Origin: Phyllobates terribilis
Taxonomy: Eukaryota
DNA length: 64,000 nucleotides
Reading direction: 5' to 3'
NCBI RefSeq assembly: GCF_046119375.1
Contig: NW_027362761.1
Span: 311,426,001 to 311,490,000 of the forward strand
Both the position numbers and the translations under genes were made by a program. Shown one piece after another: positions 45,866 through 56,703 of this stretch; positions within the stretch are counted from its first letter, which is position 1; the number at the start of each line of letters is the position of its first letter. The notes beneath the pieces were generated by a model, which made no database searches, was not told where the DNA came from, and saw only the letters and a list, made by a program, of their open reading frames with translations.

Positions 45866-48800
45866 ACTCACCAGGCCCATCAGACTGGTACAACCGGTTC
45901 GTCGGAGGAAGACCTTTCCTGTCCATTGTACTGGACGGGATCCCGACACATGCCCTGCTGGACTCAGGATCTCAGGTAACCATCATGCCTGACGTCCTCT
46001 ACAAGAGGTTCTGGACCATGGACGACCTACGTCCGCCAGCTCCAAATTTGACTGTATATGCCTCAAATGGACTCCCCCTTAACCTACTAGGGGTTAGGAA
46101 TGTGACTGTAAAGGGGTGGAGAGTGGAGCTGAAGGACCAGGGGCTAATTGTAGTAGAGACTAATCCTGATGACACCAATCCGTACATGGTACTTGGCACT
46201 AACATTGTTGGTAACTGTTTGGGAGAGGTTGTGTTCTTACTCCAACAGATAGCTGACACTGCCAAACCAGGACAGAGGAGGGCACTGCAGAAGGAAATCC
46301 GAGTCCTGATTTATCAACAGCAAGTGAGGTTAACAGACGGTGAAATTGGTAACGTGCGGGTAACAGACCCCATACCCATTGTCATCCCCCCAATGAGTGA
46401 AATGCTCATCTGGTGTAGAGCTGCCATAGGTCTTAGAGGACAGAGCTACCAGGCGGTAGTAGAACCCCTTTGCTCTGAGCACAGACCCACGATCTTAACC
46501 ACCCGGGGAGTGGTAGATGTACGCAATGGGAGGGTGCCTGTCTGTCTTCTCAACTTAGGGGAAGATGAGGTCAGACTGCCACGTTATGCCACTGTTGCCA
46601 AATTACATGCTGTCAATAACAACTGCATTCATGAGGCGGAGTCCTTAACTTCACCAGACAAAGTGGAGGAAAATGACCTTGCAACCCAGGTGGAGGATTG
46701 GTGTCAACAGCTCCATGTTGGGACAGACACCACTCATGCCCATCAAAAACAGGGTGTATACCGGGTGGTTCAAGAATACTCGCAGGTGTTCAGTAAACAT
46801 CCACTAGACTTTGGGAGGATTAAGGGGGTTCAACATCATATCCCCACAGGTGACCATCCCCCAATCAAAGAACGTTACAGGCCTATACCACCAGCTCACT
46901 ACCAAAAAGTAAAAGAAATGCTGCATGACATGAGGAAGGCGGGAGTAATAAGGTATAGTTGTAGTCCATGGGCAGCTCCCATAGTGCTGGTTAGGAAAAA
47001 GGACGGGAGCATGAGAATGTGTGTAGATTACCGACAAGTAAATCGCATTACACATAAAGATGCATACCCTTTACCATGCATAGAGGAGTCCCTAGCTGCC
47101 TTAAAGTCTGCAAATTACTTTTCTACCCTTGACCTCACTAGTGGGTACTGGCAAGTAGCTGTGGCTGAGGAGGATCGGGAGAAGACGGCTTTCACTACCC
47201 CGATGGGACTCTGCGAGTTCAACAGTATGCCGTTTGGACTCCAACGCCCCCGGAACGTTCCAGAGATTGATGGAGTGCTGCCTGGGACACCGCAACTTCG
47301 AGACTGTGTTACTTTACCTGGATGATGTAATAGTGTATTCCAGAACGTACGAGGACCACTTGAAGCACCTGGCAGAGGTATTTGAGTCACTGTCCCGGTA
47401 CGGGATGAAGTTGAAGCCCTCAAAGTGCCACCTGCTCAAGAGAAAGGTACAGGACCTGGGGCACATTGTCAGTCTGGAAGGGGTAGCACCAGACCCGGAG
47501 AAAGTCACTGCCATTCAGAAGTGGCCAGAGCCGAAGAACCTCAAGGAGGTGCATCAGTTCTTGGGACTAGTAGGATACTACCGGAGGTTTGTGAAAGACT
47601 ATACTAAGAAAGCAGCCCCTCTGCAAGACCTCCTGGTAGGGCAGTCCCCCAAAGGCAAAAACCCCCTATTGCACTGGGGTAAGGAGCAAGCCGAGTCGTT
47701 TCAGGAGATGAAGGAGATCCTGACGGGTGAAGAGATCCTAGCCTACCCTGACTACAGCCAACCGTTCCTGCTGTATACAGATGCCAGCAACGAAGGGCTG
47801 GGAGCTGTCCTAAGTCAGAAGCAGAATGGCCAAGAAAAAGTGATTGCATACGCAAGCAGGAAGCTCCACCCGACTGAGAGGAACCCAGAGAACTATAGCA
47901 GCTTTAAGTTAGAGTTCCTGGCCTTGGTCTGGGCCATCACTGAAAAGTTTAAGCACTATCTGGCCTCCAGCAAGTTCACTGCCTTTACTGATAACAACCC
48001 CTTGACACATCTTGAAACAGCTAAGCTCGGGGCACTGGAACAACGATGGATGGCTCGGCTGTCAAATTACCAATTTACAATTGAATACCGAGTGGGCCGC
48101 AAGAACGCCAACGCCGATGCCCTGTCTAGGATGCCTCACCAGTCAGATACAGAAGAAGAAGTGGATGACTTGGAAGAGATAGAGCTACCTGCCTTTCACT
48201 GGAGTGGGATGATCCACGAGCAACGAGCCTCCAGGAAGCAGCATGGAAAGACGATAAACCCCCTTCCTCCCCACAGCTGGAAAGAGACCCAGGACAGTGA
48301 CCCGGTTGTCAGCCGCATCAAGGAGCTGATAACTCAAGAGGGTGCCTCACTGGAGAAAGATGCGTCTCTCCAAGCAAAGTAGCTGTGGAACGAGAGAAGC
48401 CGGTTGTTTATCTACCGTGAGAAGCTGTGCCGGAGGTACGTCAATTCAAGAACCCATGAGATGGTATGGCAGATAGTGGTCCCGAAGACAGACATCCAGA
48501 TGGTATTAGAAGCTTACCATGATCAGGCGGGGCACTTTGGCTGGAAAAAGCTAGAGACCCTGCTGAAGTGTCGATTCTACTGGGTAGGAATGCGCAGCTC
48601 CATTGAACGGTGGTGCCGAGACTGTGGACCCTGTGGCCTTAGAAGGAAAGACTACAGCAGCCAGAAGGCACCCCTGAAACCCACCAAGACGACTCGGCCC
48701 CTGGAGATCGTGGCCCTGGACCATGTCAAGCTGTTACCAGCAGGTCAGGGTACTCCTATGCTCTGACCATGGTGGATCACTACTCACGTTTCCTGGTGGT

Positions 48801-49959
48801 CGCCTCTGTCAAAGACCTGATGGCAGAGACAGCAGCAAAGACGTTTCAAGCGTATTTCTGTAGACCCCATGGTTACCCTGTGCAGGTGCTGACGGACCAA
48901 GGCCCGGCCTTTGAGGCTGAGTTGTTCAAGGAGTTCTGCCATTTGTACGGTAGTAAAAAGATAAGAACTACACCGTACCACCCACAAACCAACTGTCTCC
49001 GCGAAAAGATGAACAACATCATCATCGACCTGCTAAAAACTATACCACTTGAGGAGAGAAATCAGTGGACAGACCTACTACCTGACCTAGTGGATCTGTA
49101 CAGTCATATACCAGTCAGTTCCACCAACTGCACTCCGGCATATCTCATGCGGGCAAGGCCAGGAAAGCTGCCCATGGATCTGGAGTTTGGTGTTGTTGAG
49201 CCTGAAGCTGATATGACCACTGAAGACTGGGACAAGACCAGACAAGAGCAGTACAGAAGAGTACAAGCCTGTGTCGAGGATAGTCTTACTCGGGTGAGAG
49301 AAAAGCAGGAAGCGCACTACAACAAAAACGCACCCGCAGAACCTTTCATACCAGGTGAAACAGTATTAAAATGGAAAAGACGTAACCACAAACTTGATGA
49401 CCTGTGGGAAAAAGACCCCTACACTGTGTTACCGTCAAGATTTGACAATAAGAAGGCATGCATAATCAGTCAAGATGGAGGAAAAACATCTACCACAGTG
49501 TCCAGGGATCACCTAAAGTTGTGTCCAGACTTACTGAAACCCCAGGAAGAAGTGCCTCTCACAATCCCAGAAGAACCTAAAGAAACAGTGATCCACACTG
49601 ACATAGGAGACTTCCCAGCAGATTGGCCTCAGATAGGAGGAGCAGTAATCATCCCAGTACTCCAATTCTATGAACAGCCAGAAAACCCTCCACAGCAAGT
49701 TGAACCTGTAAGTGCTGCAGAAGAGCCAGCTCAAGAAGTATCCCCGGATGAAGGATCCCCGGTAGGAGCAGAGCAAGAGGGCCCAGCCAATGGTAGACTT
49801 GCCAGCCCAAGAGAGAGTTTAAGGCAGTTTTACAACATGGTCACACGTAGAACTGGTAGAGTAACTGAAAATACAGACACTGACACCCCACAGACCACCG
49901 CACTACGCAGATCAACACGTAGCACGCGAGGTAAACCCCCTGCTAGGTACACGCAGTAG
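45820..49959 (+). pseudogene. pol: Pol of element B (PR-RT-RH-IN), two frameshifts and one nonsense codon
   Basis: Split across ORFs 45814-47325, 47234-48382, 48404-48766 and 48769-49959. LLDSGSQ, YLDD, DAS, HHCC and DDE motifs present. Confidence 0.93.
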
Positions 49960-51692
49960 ATGGTCAAAATTTCTCAAAGTGTAGATAGTTACCCCTGGGG
50001 TATTGTGTATTAACTTGAAATGTACTGTATAATTGTGTGTTTTCATGAAAATGTATGTCTTTATTAATTTGTGCTTTGCCTATTTACTTTCTTATTTACC
50101 TAAGAACTTTGTGGCTGAGGACTATGTGCAGCCCAAAAACTGCTATTGTATATAATTGCGCTCCCTGGAGTGCCCCTTTTAGGTGACCTCAGAAGGAAAA
50201 CCTGTTGGGAGTGGCTCTCTTGGAGGTCCAACACGGGATCTTCATGCCCTGCAGCCACCCCAGGGCCTACGTAGAGGGTTTAGGACAGGTCCATCAAAAC
50301 CACCAAGTACTCTACCTTGTGGGATGGACATCCTGTATGGGAACCTCACCATAGGAGGCTTAAATTCTGAGGACACTCTGCTTTGTTATTGTTATGCAAC
50401 GTTTAAGATTCGTGCCTCCCATAAAGGGAAGATTGTTCTTATTGTTCTTGTATTGCTTATGTTTCCAAATGTTATTGTTTCATAAAATGTACTTCAGCCC
50501 GGAAGTGCTGAGCTTAACTAGGGGGGAATGTGACGCCCAGCTGTGCTTGGTATCACAGATCCTAGAAGGGTGTATTGATGGATTCCTCCACAAGAGGCCC
50601 CCATAACCATTCACACATCTCCACCTTCCACCTCAGACCACCAGAGGGAGCCCGTTAGGGATAGATAAATAGGGAAGGTGGAGCCAGGCAGCAGTTAGTC
50701 AAGAGTCGAGTTCAGTCTGGTTTTGCAGTGAGTCCAGTACAGTCTGAGAAGAGTTACCTCAGAGGACAAAGGCCTGTTCCAGCTCCTGCAATTGCTATCC
50801 TGCAGTGGAGCTTATCCAGATCAAGACTCCGTGTAGCTCAGAGAGGTGAGCTTTAGGTGTGCCGGCACCATAAGATGGGTGAAGCGCGGCAAGCTGCCGT
50901 TAGTGTGAGTAGCCTAGTGAGGGCCCGAGTAGGCCGAAGGCGAGTGGAGAGTTAGTACATAGGGGGCAGAGGAGCTTAACTAGCTCACCCCAAAGATTTT
51001 ACCGGACACCGGGTCCGAAGTTTACCGGGATCTCTACGACCCAGTAAGATATAACCGGAATCCCTGGAGAACTACAAGTCCCAGGATTGCTAAAGTGTTG
51101 ATACGTAAGAAAGCCAGGAGACACATAGGCCCCGCAAGCTGAGGAGCGTGTACTCCAAGGAAAGGCCCTACCAGAAGGTCAGCCAGATCAGGACAGAGAC
51201 AAAGTTAGCCTAGCTCCAGGCAGGTGAGAAACTTACTACGCAGAGGCAAGAAACAGGAGGCCCAAAACCCGCTCATTGGGGAGGATCCTGATATGCACCC
51301 TTCACCCTACAGTGCTCCGTGACGTGCCTGAATTTCCATCAGTAAAAGGTACTGAAGTGACTATCGTGTCTGTCCCTGTTCTTGCTCTGACCCGGCTGGG
51401 TCGCGCCTGTCCTGCATTCCCCTTCACACACTGCCCTGAGGCCTAGTTCCACCTGTGGGGAGCTATACCATCGAGCTGCCTTATCATCGGCCTCAGTGGA
51501 CTGCGCAGCGCTGGTGATCCTCACCAGAAGCCACGGGTGGCGTCACAAAATTTTTAATAAAATAAACGACCATAAACGCTTTTTAAGGAGCAACCCCCAG
51601 GGTACGGGCCCGGGAGCCGACCACCGCGACATCCCTAAAAGGCCAGGCTAAAGCCCGGGTACCGAGTCATCCCCATTCCCCTGGGCGAGTCA

Positions 51693-51910
51693 ATATCTTC
51701 CAAGATCTTCTGTACTCGTGCGTGGCAGTGTATCTGGACGACATCCTGGTGTTCTCTTCTTATCTGCCCTCGCATCATAGAGACGTTCGACAGGTACTGC
51801 AGAGGCTCAGGAAGAATCGTCTGTATGGCAAATTCGAGAAATGTATCTTTGAACAGACTTCTCTTCCCTTTCTGGGATACATAATCTCGGAGACCAGACT
51901 TAAAATGGAG
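51693..51910 (+). pseudogene. RT fragment of Sushi-like element A, deleted into its 3' LTR
   Basis: IFQDLLYSCVAVYLDDILVFS..KFEKCIF..FLGYII..LKM; junction at AAATGGA/AGATGGA microhomology. Confidence 0.85.
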
Positions 51911-52453
51911 GTGCCTGTGCAATGTTGAAGTTTGTTTGCATTAAACTGCCCCTCCAGTCCTCAGGTCCCCTGGCTGCCCACCAGCCTGTCTATCATCCGT
52001 GCCCGCCAGCCTATCAGCCGTGCCAGCCAGTCTGTCTATCAGCCGTGCCCGCCAGCCTGTCTATCAGCCGTGCCAGCCAGTCTGTCTACCAGCTGTGCCC
52101 GCCAACCTGACTACCAGCTGTGCCCGCCTGCCTGACTTTCAGCAGTGCCCGCCTTCCGAACTACCAGCCGTTACCGCCTGTCTGTCTTCCAACGCTGCCA
52201 GTCCACCCGCCGTGCCTGTCAGTTCGGTGGGAGTCGCCTACTCTCGCACGAGGTCGCTCTCAGAGTGGCATCTGGTCCACCTTCCCGGTCCCTCCTTGTT
52301 TCACAGAGATAACTAAGCCACCGTGTAGCCTTGGTTCACGCAGTCGACTAAGCCGCTGTGTAGTCAGGGCCGGTCCGGGTTGGCACTTAGTTACACCCCT
52401 CTGGTCCCTCCTTGTACCAAGGCACAGTGGTTCCATCATTTGGACCCGTAACA

Positions 52454-52960
52454 GCAGGTTCTGCAGGAATTTGAGCCTCCCCATGAAATGTATTAGGGAC
52501 TCATCCATGCAGATGTCCCATTGGGGAGTGTACACCTCAGAAACTTGTTGTTGAAGTGATCAATGTCCGGCCGAGCTTTGAAAAGTCAGTCAAAGTTGGG
52601 GTCATCTCGGGGAGTACATTGTATATTATCATTGTAATGCAAAAATTTTTGGATTGCCTAAAATCGTTTACAGGTCATAGCCATGCGGAACACTGTAGTG
52701 TTGTATAAAATATCAACACTTCAATATTGCCGAAGTTCTGGCTTCTTCACTAACCCCATGTGAAGGACCAGGCCCCAAAACGTCATAATTTCTACTGGGT
52801 CCAGTTAGAAAATGATGAAGGGCTTTTTTGTGACAAAAATTGCTGGGCGTATAAATTTGTTTCAGCCACAGGTTTACAATATCCTCAGAGAAAAAGACTT
52901 TGAAAACGTCTATTTCTATGAGGTGGTGGTGTCAAATTTGATTCCTGATTGCATCACAAA
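52454..52960 (-). pseudogene. piggyBac transposase relic, 5' part
   Basis: YTPQWDICMDESLIHFMGRLKFLQNL joins the 27770 part across the TSD. Confidence 0.85.
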
Positions 52961-53539
52961 ATCAGTAGTGATGAGTAGTGTTGAGCGAGCACTAAAATGC
53001 TCGGGTGCTCGAAGCTTGGGCCGAGCTCGCCGTGATACTTGGGTGCTCGACCCGAGCAACGAGCCCAATGTTAGTCTATGGGAGACTCGAGTATTTTTGC
53101 GGTGGCACCCCCGGCAGTCTTTTAAAAGCCTAACAAGTGCCCAAAACGATAGTGACAGCGCTCAAATGACATGGGGACAGCATGGAGATCGCCCCAGGAA
53201 GCATTTCTGACCCCCAGGTAACTGCTGTCAACAACGTGGTCAGAGGTATTAAGCCACTTTTACAGGCTCACAATAAAACGAAAGTGAAACTTTTTTCCTG
53301 TGAAATATGTTAAGGAACATCCTTTCCAGGGAAAAGACTTGTGTATAAGTTAAAATAAATGACCAAAAACAAAAATACTCCTCCACACCTTCGGCTATGT
53401 TCACAAGTAGCATTTTTTATGCGTTTTTGCACTTTTGTATTGCTTTCAACTATGACAAATGCATTCACCGGGAAAAGTCATTTTAACATTTTACAACCTT
53501 ATCTGGCCATGTGCTGTGTGACACATGCATAAAGTGCTG

Positions 53540-55040
53540 AAAAGACATGGGAACAGCATGGGGAAGACCCCTGGAAGCATCTCTGACTCCCAGGTCACTG
53601 TCTAAAAGTGTGCCCATCATAAGTGATCCTTGCCGCATCAGAAGATGCAGACTTGCAATTATCCCCATGCAAGTTCTAGTCCCAGGGCAGTGTTCAATTG
53701 TACCTCCCCCATTCCTTGCAATACAAGCGCAAGTATGCAGCCTGCCACCCACCCACCCCCAGGCTGTAATACCATACTGCTTGCTTGCTTGAACTTGAAA
53801 TTGGGCCTTTTAGGCATGTGGAGGCGGAATCTGGCCACCACGTCATGGCTGTGTTTGCGGCTTGGAATCCATACTCAGTCCCCAGCCGCCCGGCGGCCGG
53901 GTGTCCTTACTCAGTCCCCAGCCGCCCCGCGACCGAGTGTCCACACGGTCCCCAGCCGCCTGGGGGCAGTCGGGTGTCCATAAACGGTCCCCAGCCGCCC
54001 CCATTTCTCCTTGGAACATCCTCCCACATACTTTTCTTAGCCCGGCCTTCTTTAGGCAGCATTGGACGAGCCCACCAGAGAACCAGACTCCTCCGGTGGG
54101 CCCTGACTTCTCCATCGGTGGAGTTGAGAGTGCCAAGGTGAGGAGCATGATGATGATGACAGAAGTTAGCATCTGCTATGTTTTCTTTTAATGCAAGTGT
54201 AAGTGTGCAGCCTGCCACCCACCCACCCCCAGACTGCAATTCATACTGCTTGCTTGCACTTGAAATGGGGCCTTTTAGTTTAGAGGAGGCCGAAGCTGGC
54301 CACTACCTCATGGCTGCTTCGGCAGCGAGGTATCCATGCTCAGTCCCCAGCCGCCCCTATTTGTCCTGGTGTGCCTTATACATAAGATTAAGCGCGTATA
54401 CCAAAACATTACCTGTGCCCTCCCCAGTGCATTTAGTGGGAAGGAGAGCCTATTCCGCTGTAGTGTGTGCATGCCAAACCCCTGTTCATGGTACATGCGA
54501 AGATGCCTCCCACCTTGCACCTGTCGTTGCAGACTTGCAACTATCCCCATTCAAGTCCTTGTCCCAGGGCAGTGTTCAATTGTACCTCTCCCATTCCTTG
54601 CAATGCAAGCGCAAGTATGCAGCCTGCCACCCACCCACCCCCAGGCTGCAATACCATACTGCTTGCTTGCTTGCACTTTAAATTGGGCCTTTTAGGCATG
54701 TGGAGGCGGAATCTGGCCACCACGCTATGGCTGTGTCGGCGGCCTGGTATCCATACTCAGTCCCCAGCCGCCTGGTGGCCGGGTGTCCCCGCTTGCTCCC
54801 CAGCCTCCAGGGGGTGGCCGGGTGTCCATACTCGGTCCCCAGCCACCCCTATTTGTACCGGAAACCTTTCCCACACTTTTCTTAGCCTGGCCTGCTTTAG
54901 GGCAGCATTGGCCGAGCCCACCGGACTATCAGACTCCTCCGGTGGGCCCTGGCTTCTCCATCAGGGGAGTTGAGAGTGCCAAGGTGAGGAGCATGATGAG
55001 GATGATAGAAGTTAGCATCTGCTTTGTTTTGTTGTAATGC
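53540..55040. repeat. Compound repeat: about 3 diverged 410-470-bp units with embedded CTCAGTCCCCAGCCGCC minisatellites
   Basis: CAGCCTGCCACCCACCCACCCC at about 53739, 54208 and 54621. Confidence 0.8.
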
Positions 55041-55522
55041 AAGCGCATGTATGTAGTAGCGGCTAGGCCTGAGGAGGTCAGCGTTTTGGTGCATATCCTA
55101 CTTCCTCCGAGGATTGCTGAATGTTTTCCTGCTACTATCCAAGTTCTATGACTCCCGTTAAAACAAAGCTTCAGGTGATAAATGATGGATGAGGTAGTGG
55201 CAAAGGAGAAAGAGCAGGAGGAACTGGGACCATTCACATCAATATCAGGCCAGTCAACCAGATATGTCTTGTAGGATATGTTTCTGTAACAAAAGGAGCG
55301 GTTAGGCTACACAGTTATAGGGCATACAGTGAGTGCAATGCCTACCAAAAATTTCGAGGCACTCCAATGCCCCTTGGAAATGACATGGAGGTCAGAGGGC
55401 GTTAACTAAACCTTTTTTTCCATTTATAGCAACTGGGTCTCCTGTGCACTGTTGGCCTAAGCAGTGAATGGAATACTTTCCAAAAATTATGAGGTACCGC
55501 AATGCCCCTTACAAGAGCCATG

Positions 55523-56547
55523 TGTGGCACCCCAGGGGTCTGGTCACCACAGTAATAGAGATTACGTCAGAGAGCAAGTGGGAGGTTTCCTGGTCAGGAT
55601 CCCTTAAACATGCAACATCCTCCTGCCCCAGTCCTGGGAGGGGAGAATTCTGCCCTTATAAACTGGATCTGGGGTGGGGTTGAGTGAGTCAGAGAACAGA
55701 GAACAGTCAGAGTCAGAGTGAGAGCAAGGGAAAGTAACAGCAAGGAGCTCTGTAGGAGCTAGGAGCTAAAGACGAGGGGCTGGAAGCTGAGCAGAGCTCG
55801 CCCTGGCAGAAGACAATAGGAACCGGACACAGGAGTCCGAAGCTGTGAGGACTTATATATCCAGAAGCAGAAACCAGCCGGCAGGGGATTTCAGGTCCTC
55901 TGGCCATAGAAGCCCGGAGGCTCAGTCACAAGCAAGGGACCAGCACCGCCGTCGTGGAGCGGAGGCTAACAGAAGGCCCCAAGTCACCAGCCATACGGGT
56001 GAGCACTACACGGTACACTCAGGGACGTGGGCTACTTCTACCCGCTTACAGCAAGGTAGCCAGGAAGAGTGCAGACAGACGGGGAGGCCTACAACTCCAC
56101 TTGGCCAGGGGAACTCCTGCTTGCTCACAGACTGACCAGGCCTCTTATGCTAGCCAGTACTCCCGGGAGGGTCTACCTTATAATCATCAGTAAAGACCCT
56201 GAACTGCACTGCAAAGACTCTGAGTCATTCCTGCTGCGCTCGTGCACCATCACCCCCATCATCCACACTCACTGCCCTGAGGCTATACTCCTCCCGAGGG
56301 GAGTTATCCCATTTTATGCTGCGCACACAACACCAGCCTCAGCGGTCTGCCTCGCAGCGGTGGTACTCCCTGACCGCAATCCACGGGTGGCGCAGTCGGA
56401 CAATTAACCTCAAAACCTAAGAAAGATTGCCACTGGTTTGACCAGCCTGAGCCACGGGACCGGGTCACCGCCACGGAGACTGCAGACCCCAGAGACCCGG
56501 CACCGGGTATCCCACACACGTGTACACACGGCCCAGGGGGCGCGTCA
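55523..56547 (+). mobile_element. Solo LTR, tRNA-Ser Gypsy clade
   Basis: TGTGGCACCCC...GGGGGCGCGTCA; TSD CATG at 55519-55522 and 56548-56551. Confidence 0.93.
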
Positions 56548-56703
56548 CATGCAGTACAGCATATTACAAACATAAGTTCCATTATTGGGGAGTGTGTCTC
56601 CCATAGTATTTGCTTATGCTTTCCCAGCAAAAGCTGCCAAAAATTAGGACGGAGCAACTTGCAATGCCCCTTACAAGAGCCATGCAGTACAGCATATTAC
56701 AAA

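Larger units (their letters stand above)
44798..51692 (+). mobile_element. Gypsy element B (tRNA-Ser clade), 5' LTR and PBS missing
   Basis: gag starts 7 bp after the hAT end. PPT 50520-50528, 3' LTR 50529-51692 (TGTGACG...GAGTCA), followed by element-A RT sequence. Confidence 0.92.
27771..52453 (+). mobile_element. Sushi/Tf1-like Gypsy element A, fragmented and host to nested insertions
   Basis: 5' LTR 27771-28486 (TGTAGT...CGTAACA), partial 3' LTR 51905-52453. 5-bp TSD GCAGG at 27766-27770 and 52454-52458. Removing it rejoins piggyBac KFLQNL|PSK. Confidence 0.9.

Noticed and set aside
53483-55237. Many overlapping 60-170-aa ORFs
   Set aside because: GC-rich compound repeat with no recognisable domain; likewise the short ORFs in LTRs and antisense to pol.
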